Shown here piece after piece: positions 11,001 to 15,823 of a stretch of 64,000 nt of DNA; the stretch's first letter is position 1; every line of letters begins with the position of its first letter. Made by a program: the position numbers and the translations under genes. Source of the DNA: a virus; IMG/VR virus record IMGVR_UViG_3300036886_000043, positions 33,231-97,230 of that record; one strand, 5' to 3'. Below the pieces are notes generated by a model, which had not been told where the DNA came from, did not search any database, and saw only the letters and a program-made list of their open reading frames with translations.

Positions 11001-11359
11001 CAGTTGAGGCTCTGGTGCTGCCGAGGACGCGGAAAACCGTAGATACCTACGACCTGAATTGCGGATTTGCAGACTCGAAATACTGCAAGGATTTTTGGGC
11101 ACAGTACACGGCTACGGCTCCGATCAACGTGCAAGTGTATTATGACGACAACGCAACCCCAGGGTTCACTTTCACGATGCCTCAAGCCGGAGGCGTCAGG
11201 AACCCTCTTAGGGTAAGATTACCGGCAGTCTCATTCAGGACGATCCGCGTGGTAGCGGAATCGACAGGGGACTTTCTCTGGTGGCCCGATACCTGTCTTT
11301 GGGTCAAGCCCCAGTGCGCTTCGAGGGGCTATGAGAAGGTGTTGATTGTTGAGAACTAA
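8018..11359 (+). CDS. large virion protein, probably tail nozzle / packaged-DNA stabilisation type
   Basis: 1113 aa, beta-rich, propeller-like motifs (PSTLYFS, GCVAPFG, LLYGDSNG); lies upstream of GNAT and ejection genes as in podoviruses. Confidence 0.6.
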   Translation: MPDAVYKEYPLIFQSKGIFARQVDDLVDPQGLLNEDNVEELAEGAYAQKLGSVLVNAQGTIGQPVYPLSGKVVSLSKLGQLAGAYARYAVTADGALWRRSLLSAGQFTKISTSFSGSPCSIQSYCNTDFTSVSTEFFADAAGMFKDDGTFAAPQQMGIFQPQFPVQAQAQPPSSVILDNYVTSAGSYSYTGISGGTNAGYVNTTIPAGVPAAGLQSVTVVDPTQPGLFQLLTVDSGGNAETVLVLLVTPTGFVANFTKIHSSGVTVTSADLSVSVPASTTATISASFGILPCGAKPILVNWPVTNQPLQQADYLGLYLFVSDPTQIQSITLKLDCGDGSFDSDYFYKVIAQGPLQNLVSSATSSTDPTTALTDALLSDSLNLYGNQAGGIGELNTGLDNWTPLLFQLSDFAGSGRADFNDPVYNWANVNGYQIQIVTNDNTSVTVNLAALVLFGGAGPDTLGGVAYDYVWTFFNPVDGTESNPSMIVTNQNPPNQTNRVYPRRQPVLLNMDVTTYGPLGQLQDGQIGYLRIYRRGGTLGDNFRRVDQIPVNIAAGGIVQYIDTAPDYLVAGADIVSFTNDVPVPSLLPVPVNTTLMTPIYTENQVTNVFPVSMANISVRQQVTIGSPTAIANNFETVIVLTLDEASFTAFVQNAHAAGEPVQASYQVGQPVYGMVIAFNKAWYWGDPNNPSTLYFSTGNAPQYVGEANNVIVSTPDDYITTVKPYKGNIFVSCVKSGWWMIPPGSPASQPPYPTACVHGCVAPFGAVATEEMILYQAADGIRAFAGGASEYMSLPIEFIFQGVGSTPIVEADQTKLSQTVAAYWNSMVFFSYIGTDGNRHRVIAHAQYKRFRNDDVDAQCLLLEADTNQLLYGDSNGLVHIDRQNLPYDQVNSGGVLAAGPIAINLQTAYSFQGSPANQKQYQAVQIDCNTGGQTLNVNLLFNDGEITVALGTISNAQRGKINLPVNLGLGQQAYKISLQITGNVSAFAYLYQAAVEALVLPRTRKTVDTYDLNCGFADSKYCKDFWAQYTATAPINVQVYYDDNATPGFTFTMPQAGGVRNPLRVRLPAVSFRTIRVVAESTGDFLWWPDTCLWVKPQCASRGYEKVLIVEN

Positions 11360-11385
11360 GGTGTATGCTGTATCTGAGGTGATTT

Positions 11386-11553
11386 ATGCTCAACATCATT
11401 TTGGTAATTCTGATGTTTCTGTGCGGATTTGGCGGATATGCGATCCCAGTTACGCAGCCGGCCGGTTTCCGGTATGGCGTCGGTCTTCTCGGCGCTGTGC
11501 TTTTTATCTTGTTTTGCCTCATCAACCTTGGCCTGATTCACCCAGGGCTATAA
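11386..11553 (+). CDS. small two-helix membrane protein
   Basis: MLNIILVILMFLCGFGG...LLGAVLFILFCLINLGLIHPGL; GAGGTG RBS. Confidence 0.7.
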   Translation: MLNIILVILMFLCGFGGYAIPVTQPAGFRYGVGLLGAVLFILFCLINLGLIHPGL

Positions 11554-11556
11554 GCG

Positions 11557-11721
11557 ATGATTATCTTGCTCATCATTGTTCTAGTTCTGCTCTTTGGCGG
11601 CGGCTTCGGTTACTACGGCCACACTCAATGGGGCGCGAATAACGTCTATGCAGGGCCGGGAATCGGCCTTGGAACCATCCTGATTATCCTGCTGATTCTG
11701 TTCCTGCTCGGCGTCATTTGA
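11557..11721 (+). CDS. DUF3309-like small membrane protein
   Basis: MIILLIIVLVLLFGGGFGYYGHTQWG...GIGLGTILIILLILFLLGVI. Confidence 0.75.
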   Translation: MIILLIIVLVLLFGGGFGYYGHTQWGANNVYAGPGIGLGTILIILLILFLLGVI

Positions 11722-11816
11722 GTCGTGTCCGCATGTGCATGTAGGACAGTGTTTAGTCGTTCCCGCTCTGTGGAAATCTCTCCGGTTGTCGAGAAGGGGT
11801 TACTATTCAGGTAGCC

Positions 11817-11845
11817 TTGACGCAAATCATTTTCCGTGCGATGAT
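11817..11845 (+). promoter_or_regulatory. promoter P1 of tRNA block 1
   Basis: TTGACG-17 nt-(TG)GATGAT, 6 nt before the leader ATG (leaderless). Confidence 0.7.
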
Positions 11846-11851
11846 TTTGAT

Positions 11852-11923
11852 ATGAGATTTGACCGCAACAGTTTATGCCTCTCCTATTCACTCCTGTCGA
11901 GTGACGGGGAGGCTGCGGTCTGA
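11852..11923 (+). CDS. attenuator leader peptide 1 MRFDRNSLCLSYSLLSSDGEAAV
   Basis: 11 consecutive S/L/C/Y codons matching the downstream tRNAs; lies between promoter and terminator. Confidence 0.85.
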   Translation: MRFDRNSLCLSYSLLSSDGEAAV

Positions 11924-11950
11924 TTCCAAAGTTTGGAATTTCAGCGAAGC

Positions 11951-11974
11951 GGCCTCCAGAAATGGAGGCTTTTT
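11951..11974 (+). terminator. attenuator 1 intrinsic terminator
   Basis: GGCCTCCA-GAAA-TGGAGGC-TTTTT. Confidence 0.9.
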
Positions 11975-11979
11975 GTTGT

Positions 11980-12063
11980 GCGGGATTGGCGAAACGGCAG
12001 CCGCGCCCGATTTAAGATCGGGTGTCTTAGGACGTGGGAGTTCAAGTCTCCCATCCCGCACCA
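11980..12063 (+). tRNA. trnL: tRNA-Leu(TAA)
   Basis: GCGGGAT/ATCCCGC; CCCGA-TTTAAGA-TCGGG; long variable arm; CCA. Confidence 0.95.
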
Positions 12064-12064
12064 T

Positions 12065-12141
12065 GTATCGGAAGGTAAAGTTTTGGAACCAGTGGTCCGC
12101 AAAACCACTTTTAGCCGGTGGGACTCCGGCCCGGTACTCCA
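12065..12141 (+). tRNA. trnC: tRNA-Cys(GCA), atypical
   Basis: GTATCGG/CCGGTAC, U73, GTGGT-CCGCAAA-ACCAC; T-loop TGGGACT; C33. Confidence 0.8.
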
Positions 12142-12153
12142 AAGTTTAGTAGT

Positions 12154-12232
12154 GCTCGCGTAGCCCAATTTGGCAGGAGGCACTTCATTCAAAACGAAGA
12201 CAGTGCTGGTTCAAATCCAGCCGCGAGTACCA
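12154..12232 (+). tRNA. trnL: tRNA-Leu(CAA), short variable loop
   Basis: GCTCGCG/CGCGAGT; loop TTCAAAA; variable region ACAGT. Confidence 0.9.
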
Positions 12233-12240
12233 AAATATGT

Positions 12241-12319
12241 GCCCCGTTAGCCCAATTGGCAGGAGGCGTCTGACTTAGGATCAGAACAGTGATGAGTTCG
12301 AATCTCTCACGGGGTACCA
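12241..12319 (+). tRNA. trnL: tRNA-Leu(TAG), short variable loop
   Basis: GCCCCGT/ACGGGGT; TCTGA-CTTAGGA-TCAGA; variable region ACAGT. Confidence 0.92.
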
Positions 12320-12328
12320 AAATTTAGA

Positions 12329-12357
12329 TTGCAACGGGTACCAATCTACTGTAAAAT
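12329..12357 (+). promoter_or_regulatory. promoter of the inserted endonuclease gene
   Basis: TTGCAA-17 nt-TAAAAT, 6 nt before ATG 12364. Confidence 0.75.
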
Positions 12358-12363
12358 ATTGGT

Positions 12364-12963
12364 ATGAATGGTGATTCGAGTATTTGCAATGGATGTGGTT
12401 TAAGTGAGCCAGAAGTGAGATTTCGATTGCGGAAGGCGAACGGGAAAACTTACAGAAAACACTTGTGTACAAAATGTGATGATGAATATCAAAAGAAGTA
12501 CACTAAACCTCAAGGCGTAAAAGATAGGAATAGAAAATCGTATCTGAAAAGAAAGGAGAGAAGAGCACGGGGAGAAATAGTCGAGATTTTCCTTCTTGAG
12601 GACTGTCGAAGAATTGACAGAAAAAAAGGTATCAAATCCGATTTAGACTCTGAATATATTGCGGAGATAATAAAGGATGGATGCGCGTATTGCGGAGATA
12701 TAGAATCACGCATTGGGCTTGATCGGATAGATAATTCACTGGGCCACATGAAGGGAAATGTTAACGCCTGTTGTATGAGATGTAATCTTATTCGTAGGGA
12801 TATGCCATACGAAGCATGGCTGATTGTAGCGCCCACGATGAAGATTGCGAGAGAATCAAAAGCGTTTGGGAATTGGAATGTGCTTTTTGGAAACAAGAAG
12901 AAAACGGAGCGCGGGCCGGACGATAAGGCAACGGGTTGCTACCCCGCACAGCCGCAAGGCTGA
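12364..12963 (+). CDS. HNH/His-Me-type homing endonuclease
   Basis: CxxC pairs; CAYCG...GLDRIDNSLGHMKGNVNACCMRCN; AT-rich insertion between tRNA genes. Confidence 0.85.
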   Translation: MNGDSSICNGCGLSEPEVRFRLRKANGKTYRKHLCTKCDDEYQKKYTKPQGVKDRNRKSYLKRKERRARGEIVEIFLLEDCRRIDRKKGIKSDLDSEYIAEIIKDGCAYCGDIESRIGLDRIDNSLGHMKGNVNACCMRCNLIRRDMPYEAWLIVAPTMKIARESKAFGNWNVLFGNKKKTERGPDDKATGCYPAQPQG

Positions 12964-12991
12964 CTGAGTTTGACTCTCAGGCGCTCCGCCA
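12906..12991 (+). tRNA. trnS: tRNA-Ser(GCT)
   Basis: GGAGCGC/GCGCTCC, G73, loop TTGCTAC, variable arm CAGCC-GCAA-GGCTG. Confidence 0.88.
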
Positions 12992-12995
12992 GTTC

Positions 12996-13080
12996 GGAAG
13001 GTACCGCTGAAAGGTCGGCAAACGGTCCTGAAAACCGTGGCTCCTTCGGGATGGGCGTTCGATTCGTCTACCTTCCGCCA
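12996..13080 (+). tRNA. trnS: tRNA-Ser(TGA)
   Basis: GGAAGGT(A)/(T)ACCTTCC; ACGGT-CCTGAAA-ACCGT; variable arm; C33. Confidence 0.9.
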
Positions 13081-13085
13081 AGTTT

Positions 13086-13172
13086 GGGAGTGATGCTCTG
13101 TAGGGAGAGCAGCAGGCCGTAACCCTGCCGTCACTTGTGGCATAGGGGGTTCGATTCCCTCCACTCCCACCA
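13086..13172 (+). tRNA. trnY: tRNA-Tyr(GTA)
   Basis: GGGAGTG/CACTCCC; GCAGG-CCGTAAC-CCTGC; variable arm; C33. Confidence 0.9.
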
Positions 13173-13175
13173 TAC

Positions 13176-13204
13176 TTGTCAACACGGAAGAGTAGTGGTA
13201 TACT
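13176..13204 (+). promoter_or_regulatory. internal promoter without leader peptide, upstream of the initiator tRNA
   Basis: TTGTCA-17 nt-(TG)TATACT. Confidence 0.8.
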
Positions 13205-13209
13205 GAAAT

Positions 13210-13284
13210 CGCGGGTTGGTAGCGCAGCGTCATACGTCAGGCTCATACCCTGAAGATCCGGTGCAAATCCGGTACCCGCAACCA
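13210..13284 (+). tRNA. trnfM: tRNA-fMet(CAT), initiator type
   Basis: C1.A72 mismatch (CGCGGGT/ACCCGCA); TCAGG-CTCATAC-CCTGA. Confidence 0.85.
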
Positions 13285-13285
13285 A

Positions 13286-13361
13286 GGTCACGTCGTCTAA
13301 CTGGAAGGATACTTCCCTGTCTAGGAAGCTGGCGCGGGTTCGATTCCCGTCGTGATCGCCA
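13286..13361 (+). tRNA. trnD: tRNA-Asp(GTC)
   Basis: GGTCACG/CGTGATC, G73; CTTCC-CTGTCTA-GGAAG. Confidence 0.93.
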
Positions 13362-13367
13362 AGTTTA

Positions 13368-13446
13368 GCCGATGCACTCTGTACTGGATTCGGAGCACTC
13401 CCCTTCAAGGAGTTGGATGCGAGTTCGATTCTCGTCGTCGGCGCCA
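13368..13446 (+). tRNA. trnE: tRNA-Glu(TTC)
   Basis: GCCGATG/CGTCGGC; ACTCC-CCTTCAA-GGAGT; C33. Confidence 0.88.
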
Positions 13447-13454
13447 AGTTTTAC

Positions 13455-13531
13455 GGGGTCACCGTCTAATTGGTCTGGACGCCAGATTCTCAATCTGGAA
13501 ACTGTGAGTTCGATCCTCACTGGCCCTACCA
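13455..13531 (+). tRNA. trnE: tRNA-Glu(CTC)
   Basis: GGGGTCA/TGGCCCT; CCAGA-TTCTCAA-TCTGG. Confidence 0.93.
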
Positions 13532-13540
13532 GAAAATGAT

Positions 13541-13569
13541 TTGACAGAAATTGCGAACGGCGGTACAGT
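13541..13569 (+). promoter_or_regulatory. promoter P2 of tRNA block 2
   Basis: TTGACA-17 nt-TACAGT. Confidence 0.85.
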
Positions 13570-13579
13570 AGAAAACGAG

Positions 13580-13648
13580 ATGAAAAACCGAGTCAATCAC
13601 GGATTTACACCAGCGACGGCGCAACCGACGCAGGGTAATCCTATGTAG
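13580..13648 (+). CDS. attenuator leader peptide 2 MKNRVNHGFTPATAQPTQGNPM
   Basis: contains a cognate codon for all 12 block-2 tRNAs; lies between promoter and terminator. Confidence 0.88.
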   Translation: MKNRVNHGFTPATAQPTQGNPM

Positions 13649-13674
13649 CGGCTCGTGGAGTTTGAAGCAAAGCG

Positions 13675-13705
13675 CCCACCGAGCCAATCAGCCGGTGGGT
13701 TTTTT
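13675..13705 (+). terminator. attenuator 2 intrinsic terminator
   Basis: CCCACCG...CGGTGGG-TTTTTT. Confidence 0.88.
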
Positions 13706-13713
13706 GTTGATGT

Positions 13714-13789
13714 TCCAGCGTAGCAAAAAGGTAATGCGCCGCACTGTTAATGCGGAAATGTGCAGGTTCGAGTCCTGCCGCTGGAGCCA
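13714..13789 (+). tRNA. trnN: tRNA-Asn(GTT)
   Basis: TCCAGCG/CGCTGGA; CCGCA-CTGTTAA-TGCGG. Confidence 0.95.
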
Positions 13790-13798
13790 GTTTGAAGT

Positions 13799-13873
13799 TG
13801 CCCGTTCGTTCATGTGGCAGGACGGCTGACTCTGGATCAGCGGAGCGAGGTTCAAGTCCTCGACGGGCAGCCA
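13799..13873 (+). tRNA. trnQ: tRNA-Gln(CTG)
   Basis: TGCCCGT/ACGGGCA; GCTGA-CTCTGGA-TCAGC. Confidence 0.95.
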
Positions 13874-13881
13874 AGTTTTAC

Positions 13882-13957
13882 AGGGAGATGGCCGAGCGGC
13901 TTAGGCGACAGCCTTTGGAACTGTCTCAGGTAGGTTCGACTCCTACTCTCCCTGCCA
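13882..13957 (+). tRNA. trnQ: tRNA-Gln(TTG)
   Basis: AGGGAGA/TCTCCCT; loop CTTTGGA. Confidence 0.93.
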
Positions 13958-13958
13958 T

Positions 13959-14034
13959 GCGGACGTAGCTCAATTGGTAGAGCACAGCGTTGCCAATGCT
14001 GAGGTTGCCGGATCGTTGCCGGTCGTTCGCTCCA
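13959..14034 (+). tRNA. trnG: tRNA-Gly(GCC)
   Basis: GCGGACG/CGTTCGC, U73; loop TTGCCAA; T-loop ATCGTTG. Confidence 0.93.
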
Positions 14035-14119
14035 AATTTTGGAGGTTGACATGCCGCACAGGTATCATTTCAATGCCGATCTCCGAGAAGTGTACAGAAG
14101 GCTGGCGGGACAATTTCGA

Positions 14120-14194
14120 GCACCGTTAGTTGAGTCGGCACAACACGACACTCGTAACGTCGAGGCTCCGGTTCGAGGCCGGGACGGTGCTCCA
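14120..14194 (+). tRNA. trnT: tRNA-Thr(CGT)
   Basis: GCACCGT/ACGGTGC; loop CTCGTAA. Confidence 0.9.
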
Positions 14195-14208
14195 GAATTG
14201 GAAGGTGA

Positions 14209-14748
14209 GTGATGAATTTGATGCGGAAGCCGGTATTGCAGTTGAATGCAAGCTACGAGCCGCTTCGCATCATCGCGGCAAGAAGGGCATTGACGCTCAT
14301 AACCAAGGGCGTAGCCGTGGTGGAAGTGCCAACCAGCACAGTAGTCTATCCTGGCATCTACTTGCCCTCAGTGATTCGGTTGCGGACTTACCGGCATGTG
14401 CCTATTAGGATGCAGGTGATGAGCCGCAAGAACATTCTCCTTCGGGATGGCGGCCGCTGCATGTATTGCGGACAGAGGTCAAACGAATTGACGCTTGACC
14501 ATGTGATTCCGCGTTCCCGTGGCGGATTGAATACGTGGGACAATCTTGTGGCTTGCTGCAAACGCGACAATCACAAGAAGAACGACAGGACTCCAGAGGA
14601 AGCGGGAATGAACTTGATTCACAGGCCGCTTCCGCAAACGATCCACACGCCGCGGTTTGTTCTACGGTCTATGGGTTTGGAAGTAAATGAGTGGAGCCCG
14701 TACTTGTGGGCCGACTCCGAAGGCGACAAGAAGTATGCGTTTAACTGA
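14209..14748 (+). CDS. HNH endonuclease (McrA/HNH_5-like)
   Basis: VLQLNASYEPL...LPSVIRL...RDGGRCMYCG...TLDHVIPRSRGG...WDNLVACCKRDNHKK. Confidence 0.93.
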   Translation: MMNLMRKPVLQLNASYEPLRIIAARRALTLITKGVAVVEVPTSTVVYPGIYLPSVIRLRTYRHVPIRMQVMSRKNILLRDGGRCMYCGQRSNELTLDHVIPRSRGGLNTWDNLVACCKRDNHKKNDRTPEEAGMNLIHRPLPQTIHTPRFVLRSMGLEVNEWSPYLWADSEGDKKYAFN

Positions 14749-14820
14749 GCCGGGTGAACATCGAATGTTGCGGGCGCTTGTATCGCTTGCTAGTGGGTTC
14801 GACTCCCACATCCGGCCCCA
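14749..14820 (+). tRNA. trnT: tRNA-Thr(TGT), compact fold
   Basis: GCCGGGT/ATCCGGC; D arm AACA-TCGAA-TGTT; 6-7-bp anticodon stem, loop CTTGTAT. Confidence 0.82.
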
Positions 14821-14830
14821 ACAAGTTCAT

Positions 14831-14905
14831 GGGGAATATCGTTCAGCGATAGGACGCTAAGTTGTGGCCTTAGTCACCGCAGTTTGATTCTGCGTATTCC
14901 CCCCA
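14831..14905 (+). tRNA. trnH: tRNA-His(GTG)
   Basis: G-1:C73; CTAAG-TTGTGGC-CTTAG. Confidence 0.92.
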
Positions 14906-14918
14906 AGTTTTAAGTAGT

Positions 14919-14993
14919 GGGCGTGTGGTGCTAATGGGAACACATCCGGCCTGCACCCGGAAGTTGAGAGTTCGATTCTCTCCATGTCCACCA
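14919..14993 (+). tRNA. trnA: tRNA-Ala(TGC)
   Basis: G3:U70; TCCGG-CCTGCAC-CCGGA; C33. Confidence 0.93.
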
Positions 14994-14999
14994 AGTTTT

Positions 15000-15075
15000 G
15001 CCGACTTAGCTGATGAGGTCATAGCGGTCGCCTGAAGAGCGATAGAAGCCCGCTCGATACGGGCAGTCGGCACCA
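15000..15075 (+). tRNA. trnF: tRNA-Phe(GAA)
   Basis: GCCGACT/AGTCGGC; loop CTGAAGA. Confidence 0.92.
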
Positions 15076-15076
15076 T

Positions 15077-15154
15077 CGGTGTGTAGCGTAGTCTGCTTAA
15101 CGCGCTCCGTTCGGGACGGAGAGATCGCAGGTCGAAATCCTGCCACGCCGACCA
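15077..15154 (+). tRNA. trnP: tRNA-Pro(CGG)
   Basis: CGGTGTG/CACGCCG; CTCCG-TTCGGGA-CGGAG. Confidence 0.93.
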
Positions 15155-15160
15155 GTTTAC

Positions 15161-15234
15161 CGGGGTGTAGTGTAAAGGAAACATCCGTGGCCTGGGACCA
15201 CGTGTTGGGCTTTCGAGATGCCCCACCCCGACCA
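15161..15234 (+). tRNA. trnP: tRNA-Pro(TGG)
   Basis: CGGGGTG/CACCCCG; CGTGG-CCTGGGA-CCACG; C33. Confidence 0.88.
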
Positions 15235-15240
15235 ATTTAC

Positions 15241-15315
15241 GGCCCGTTCGTTCAATGGACAGGACTTCGGATTACGAATCCGACAATCAGAGTTCGACTC
15301 TCTGGCGGGCTACCA
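15241..15315 (+). tRNA. trnR: tRNA-Arg(ACG)
   Basis: GGCCCGT/GCGGGCT; TCGGA-TTACGAA-TCCGA; A20. Confidence 0.95.
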
Positions 15316-15316
15316 C

Positions 15317-15345
15317 TTGCAAGAAAAGAAAAGTTGATGTACAGT
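15317..15345 (+). promoter_or_regulatory. promoter P3 of tRNA block 3
   Basis: TTGCAA-17 nt-TACAGT, 7 nt before the leader ATG. Confidence 0.82.
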
Positions 15346-15352
15346 GGAATTC

Positions 15353-15421
15353 ATGCAGATCAGGACCAAACACGGAATAACCAGAATGACCAAGCGGGTC
15401 ATTTGGGGGATCGTGTGTTGA
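15353..15421 (+). CDS. attenuator leader peptide 3 MQIRTKHGITRMTKRVIWGIVC
   Basis: contains a cognate codon for all 12 block-3 tRNAs; lies between promoter and terminator. Confidence 0.9.
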   Translation: MQIRTKHGITRMTKRVIWGIVC

Positions 15422-15447
15422 GGGTCTGAGCATTTTGGTACGCACAG

Positions 15448-15472
15448 ACCTTCGCTCAGGCGAGGGTTTTTT
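15448..15472 (+). terminator. attenuator 3 intrinsic terminator
   Basis: ACCTTCGC-TCAG-GCGAGGG-TTTTTT. Confidence 0.9.
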
Positions 15473-15488
15473 ATTGCTCTTTGAAAAT

Positions 15489-15563
15489 AGGGGAGTGCTG
15501 GCGGCACAGCGGTTGGTCTCCAAAACCAACGTCACGGCGGTTCGAGTCCGCTCTCCCCTGCCA
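15489..15563 (+). tRNA. trnW: tRNA-Trp(CCA), compact fold
   Basis: AGGGGAG/CTCCCCT, G73; GTTGGT-CTCCAAA-ACCAAC. Confidence 0.9.
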
Positions 15564-15568
15564 TTTTT

Positions 15569-15637
15569 GGCACGTACCCAAGGCGGGAAGCGATCCTCAT
15601 AAGATCGTAAACTGGTTCGAGTCCAGGCGTGCTACCA
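15569..15637 (+). tRNA. trnM: tRNA with CAT anticodon (probably elongator Met), 69 nt
   Basis: GGCACGT/GCGTGCT; GCGATC-CTCATAA-GATCGT; minimal D arm. Confidence 0.8.
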
Positions 15638-15642
15638 GTTTT

Positions 15643-15736
15643 GGGCGATAGCACCGGCCGTGCGGCGGAGTCTTATAAACTCTGGAGAGCGCCAGATTAG
15701 CGCAACGGGAAGGATCGACACCTTCATCGCCTACCA
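15643..15736 (+). tRNA. trnI: tRNA-Ile(TAT) with long variable arm
   Basis: GGGCGAT/ATCGCCT; CGGAGT-CTTATAA-ACTCTG; GCGC-CAGATTA-GCGC arm. Confidence 0.8.
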
Positions 15737-15739
15737 TGT

Positions 15740-15814
15740 GGGTCGCAGATGTTTTTGGCGGCATACCCGGCTCTTACCCGGAATGGCGGGGTTCGACTCC
15801 CCGGCGACCCACCA
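15740..15814 (+). tRNA. trnK: tRNA-Lys(CTT)
   Basis: GGGTCGC/GCGACCC; CCGG-CTCTTAC-CCGG. Confidence 0.9.
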
Positions 15815-15823
15815 TCTGTTTTC

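Noticed and set aside
14046-14068. TTGACA...TATCAT promoter-like pair
   Set aside because: The spacer is only 11 nt.
11850-15472. T-box riboswitches as the explanation for the three leaders
   Set aside because: No T-box UGGNACC bulge or Stem I motifs were seen and the leaders are too short; the open frames with matched codons fit ribosome-mediated attenuation.
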